Positions 61,801 to 64,000 of a stretch of 64,000 nucleotides of DNA are shown here, one piece after another. Position numbers and translations under genes: made by a program. The notes beneath the pieces were generated by a model that saw nothing but the letters and a program-made list of their open reading frames with translations, was not told the DNA's origin and made no database searches. This DNA is from Microthyrium microscopicum (lineage: Eukaryota). Positions within the stretch are counted from its first letter, which is position 1. The number at the start of each line of letters is the position of its first letter. The DNA lies in contig MU004238.1 in assembly GCA_010405405.1 (NCBI GenBank), forward strand, positions 1,499,530 through 1,563,529, read 5' to 3'.

Positions 61801-63788
61801 TGACCTTATCTTTGCGAAACTTAAAAAAGAAGCCTGAAGACGTTAGCCCCAGCTGGGATTCTTGTCTTGAACACCGGCCCCTGATCTGGACTGTAGGTAT
61901 CATGGAATGAAAGGGGCAATGTGACACAACGAGAGAAGTTGGCAAAATAAACAGCCCCAGTGTGAGTATGCTGGTCGTCGCATGGCCGCCCTTTGGTGAT
62001 GCATGAACGGACGGTTGTCCAGATTTAGATGTCGATATTGGCCACTTTTAGTCGAAGCCGCGCTTATAAAATAAGTGATCAGGATCCATCCTTCGGTACC
62101 GGAAATGCTACAGACGTGATAGTGTCGCCTCGCTAGTTAGGCTCTTCTTGTTGGCGTGTTTCTCGCGTAATTTGTCGTTGTAGTTACAACTTACGAGCGG
62201 CTGAAATGAAAAGTGGTTTTGCAGTTGCTTGACCGGCATATGGCAGCAACGAAAGGCAACAGCATTGATGAGACGGAGCATAAATAACTTGAGATAGATG
62301 AAAGAGTCGCCACCCCCAGAATCTGCACGTCTCGGCGTCGTGGTTGTGGGCGTGGCTTGCAGTCTAGCCTGGACGTTTGACGGGTGGCAGGCTGCTCAGT
62401 GCTGACAGCAGACGTCAAAAATGCCACACAGGACGAAGACTGGTCCGTTCTTGACTATTGAGAGGCCCCTCACGCCCCTCCAAGATGGCTGTGATATGTC
62501 TCTGATATGTCATATACCAAACGTGGTAAGAATTGTACATGTATACAAGAGTGGTACCAAGAGCGTACAGAGTTCTGGTTCGGATAAGAATAACTTCCCC
62601 GCGAAGGTCTAGTAGTGGGCATTGTTAATTGCACGCGCGCATGGCTGGTCTAGGCCGGAACGGTTTGATAGTGCTCCATAGTGTGGTAGATCAAGAGCTG
62701 GGGTGAGATCTGGATATTAATGCATGTGCGCTCAGTACTGAGTACAAATATTATGGTCACTGTGGTAAGTAGGTAGTGGTATCCCCGCGAATTATTTTGC
62801 TGTAGGCTGTACATTAGTTTCTTTGCTCTGCATTGCTTTGCATTGCAGCTTGTAGTGTTAATTCAATTGTAGACGATAAATACTTGGTTACAGCAATGTA
62901 TATGTAAGTTGTAGTTGACCAATTGTATGATGCTAAGACCAGAAAAAGAACAAGATGAAGCAGCCAATCCTAATGGCCCCTTTAGGATCAATTGTATAGC
63001 CTCTCGTTCCTTCTGTTCTTGGAAAGTTTACCTACCTGCTAAGGCAGCGACTAGCGAATGAATGCGCCTGCCTCGTCTGCGAGCCCGCGCTTGCCCGCTA
63101 CTGTTGTTTTTTGGGGCTCACAGGTTCTTTTGGGCCACGGCTACCCTCACACTGCACACAAGTCGGTCGCTGTTTCCCCAGTGGTCCATCGTTCCTCCCT
63201 GCCAATTCCCAAAGCATCCCTGCGCCCTTGCCATTTCCAGCCAAACCCTCCTCCCCCATTTACCATTACCATTTTACGTGTCTACTCCACTGGAGTGCTC
63301 CGAGGCCTTGATTTGATCGTCCGTCTCCCAGTACCTGCCGCAACTTCTGCCTCTCCACACTCCACACTCCACACTCCACAATACTCCCATCTATCCCCTC
63401 GACTGCCAATTGATAATTCCTTCTCTCTCACAATCTCAACTTGCCTCGCACTGGCTTTCAACAGCCACCCTCTGTACAACACCACCGCCCACCGCTTCCT
63501 CCCTCACTCGCCGGTATTCTCCTACTCCCTGCCTGTACTCTTACCCCTAGCTGGCCCGATTTATACTCCCTGCTCTCACCTGCCGACGCTTCGACTCGAG
63601 TTTGGGCATCCAGATCTGTCGACTGCCGCCAATGAACCAATTGACTTGCCTCTGAGGCCTCTTCAGTGAATCTGGCGCCTCCCGATCACGTTTCCTCCCG
63701 CGCGGAGCTGCATTTGCGCCTTCACTACAATTTTATACCCGATCAAACCTCGATTGTTTCTACTACAGAGCGCCGGTCGCGCTCCACC

Positions 63789-64000
63789 ATGAACGGCCAC
63801 GCCGGTGCTATGGCCCCGCCAGGTGCCATGTACGTTCAAGCACTTTACGATTACGATGCCGACGACCAGACTAGCCTCAGTTTTCGAGCTGGTGATATCA
63901 TCCAAGTCATTACCCAATTGGAGAGTGGCTGGTGGGACGGATTCATTAATGGTGTTCGCGGTTGGTTCCCAAGTAATTATTGCCAATTGCTAGCCAATGG
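63789..64000 (+). CDS. CDC25: N-terminal SH3 domain of a Cdc25-like Ras GEF (truncated by window end)
   Basis: MNGHAGAMAPPGAMYVQALYDYDADDQTSLSFRAGDIIQVITQLESGWWDGFINGVRGWFPSNYC; ATG in CCACCATGA context. The SH3 is clear; the Cdc25 assignment rests on recalled similarity. Confidence 0.75.
   Translation, partial: MNGHAGAMAPPGAMYVQALYDYDADDQTSLSFRAGDIIQVITQLESGWWDGFINGVRGWFPSNYCQLLAN

Noticed and set aside
58900..63300. Scattered ORFs (e.g. 59252-59587, 60236-60843, 63058-63669)
   Set aside because: No supportable product or splice model by eye.

Overview
Eukaryotic DNA from a filamentous ascomycete (Pezizomycotina). Evidence: short GT..CTAAC..YAG introns, fungal housekeeping genes and AT-rich repeats showing RIP-type transitions. 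About 27 protein genes or gene relics are supportable. Conserved genes: Spt10-like GNAT, GGA adaptor, TSR3, Metallopep/jacalin-like protein, DAL3, COG5, PIN-domain (Nmd4-like) protein, TRAX, GPI14, FUSC/ArAE-type transporter, rhomboid, CSR1-like Sec14 protein, HAD RNA-repair-like protein, POT1, importin-alpha, a GPI-type GH16, a RAI1/DXO-like nuclease and the 5' end of a Cdc25-like SH3 RasGEF. There is also a BTB gene with an adjacent BTB pseudogene. Mobile DNA: a complete but RIP-inactivated 3034-bp Mutator element (~147-bp TIRs, perfect 9-bp TSD) and a ~730-bp TA-flanked MITE-like element holding a ~335-bp hairpin plus a third copy of the arm. The most notable accessory feature is invisible in the ORF track: three paralogous, three-exon, 8-cysteine small secreted protein genes at 36.2-39.3 kb with identical intron positions, flanked by two Trp-rich PPxY-motif orphan genes. 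All calls come from reading the sequence and recalled family motifs. No searches were run, and exon boundaries were inferred by eye.
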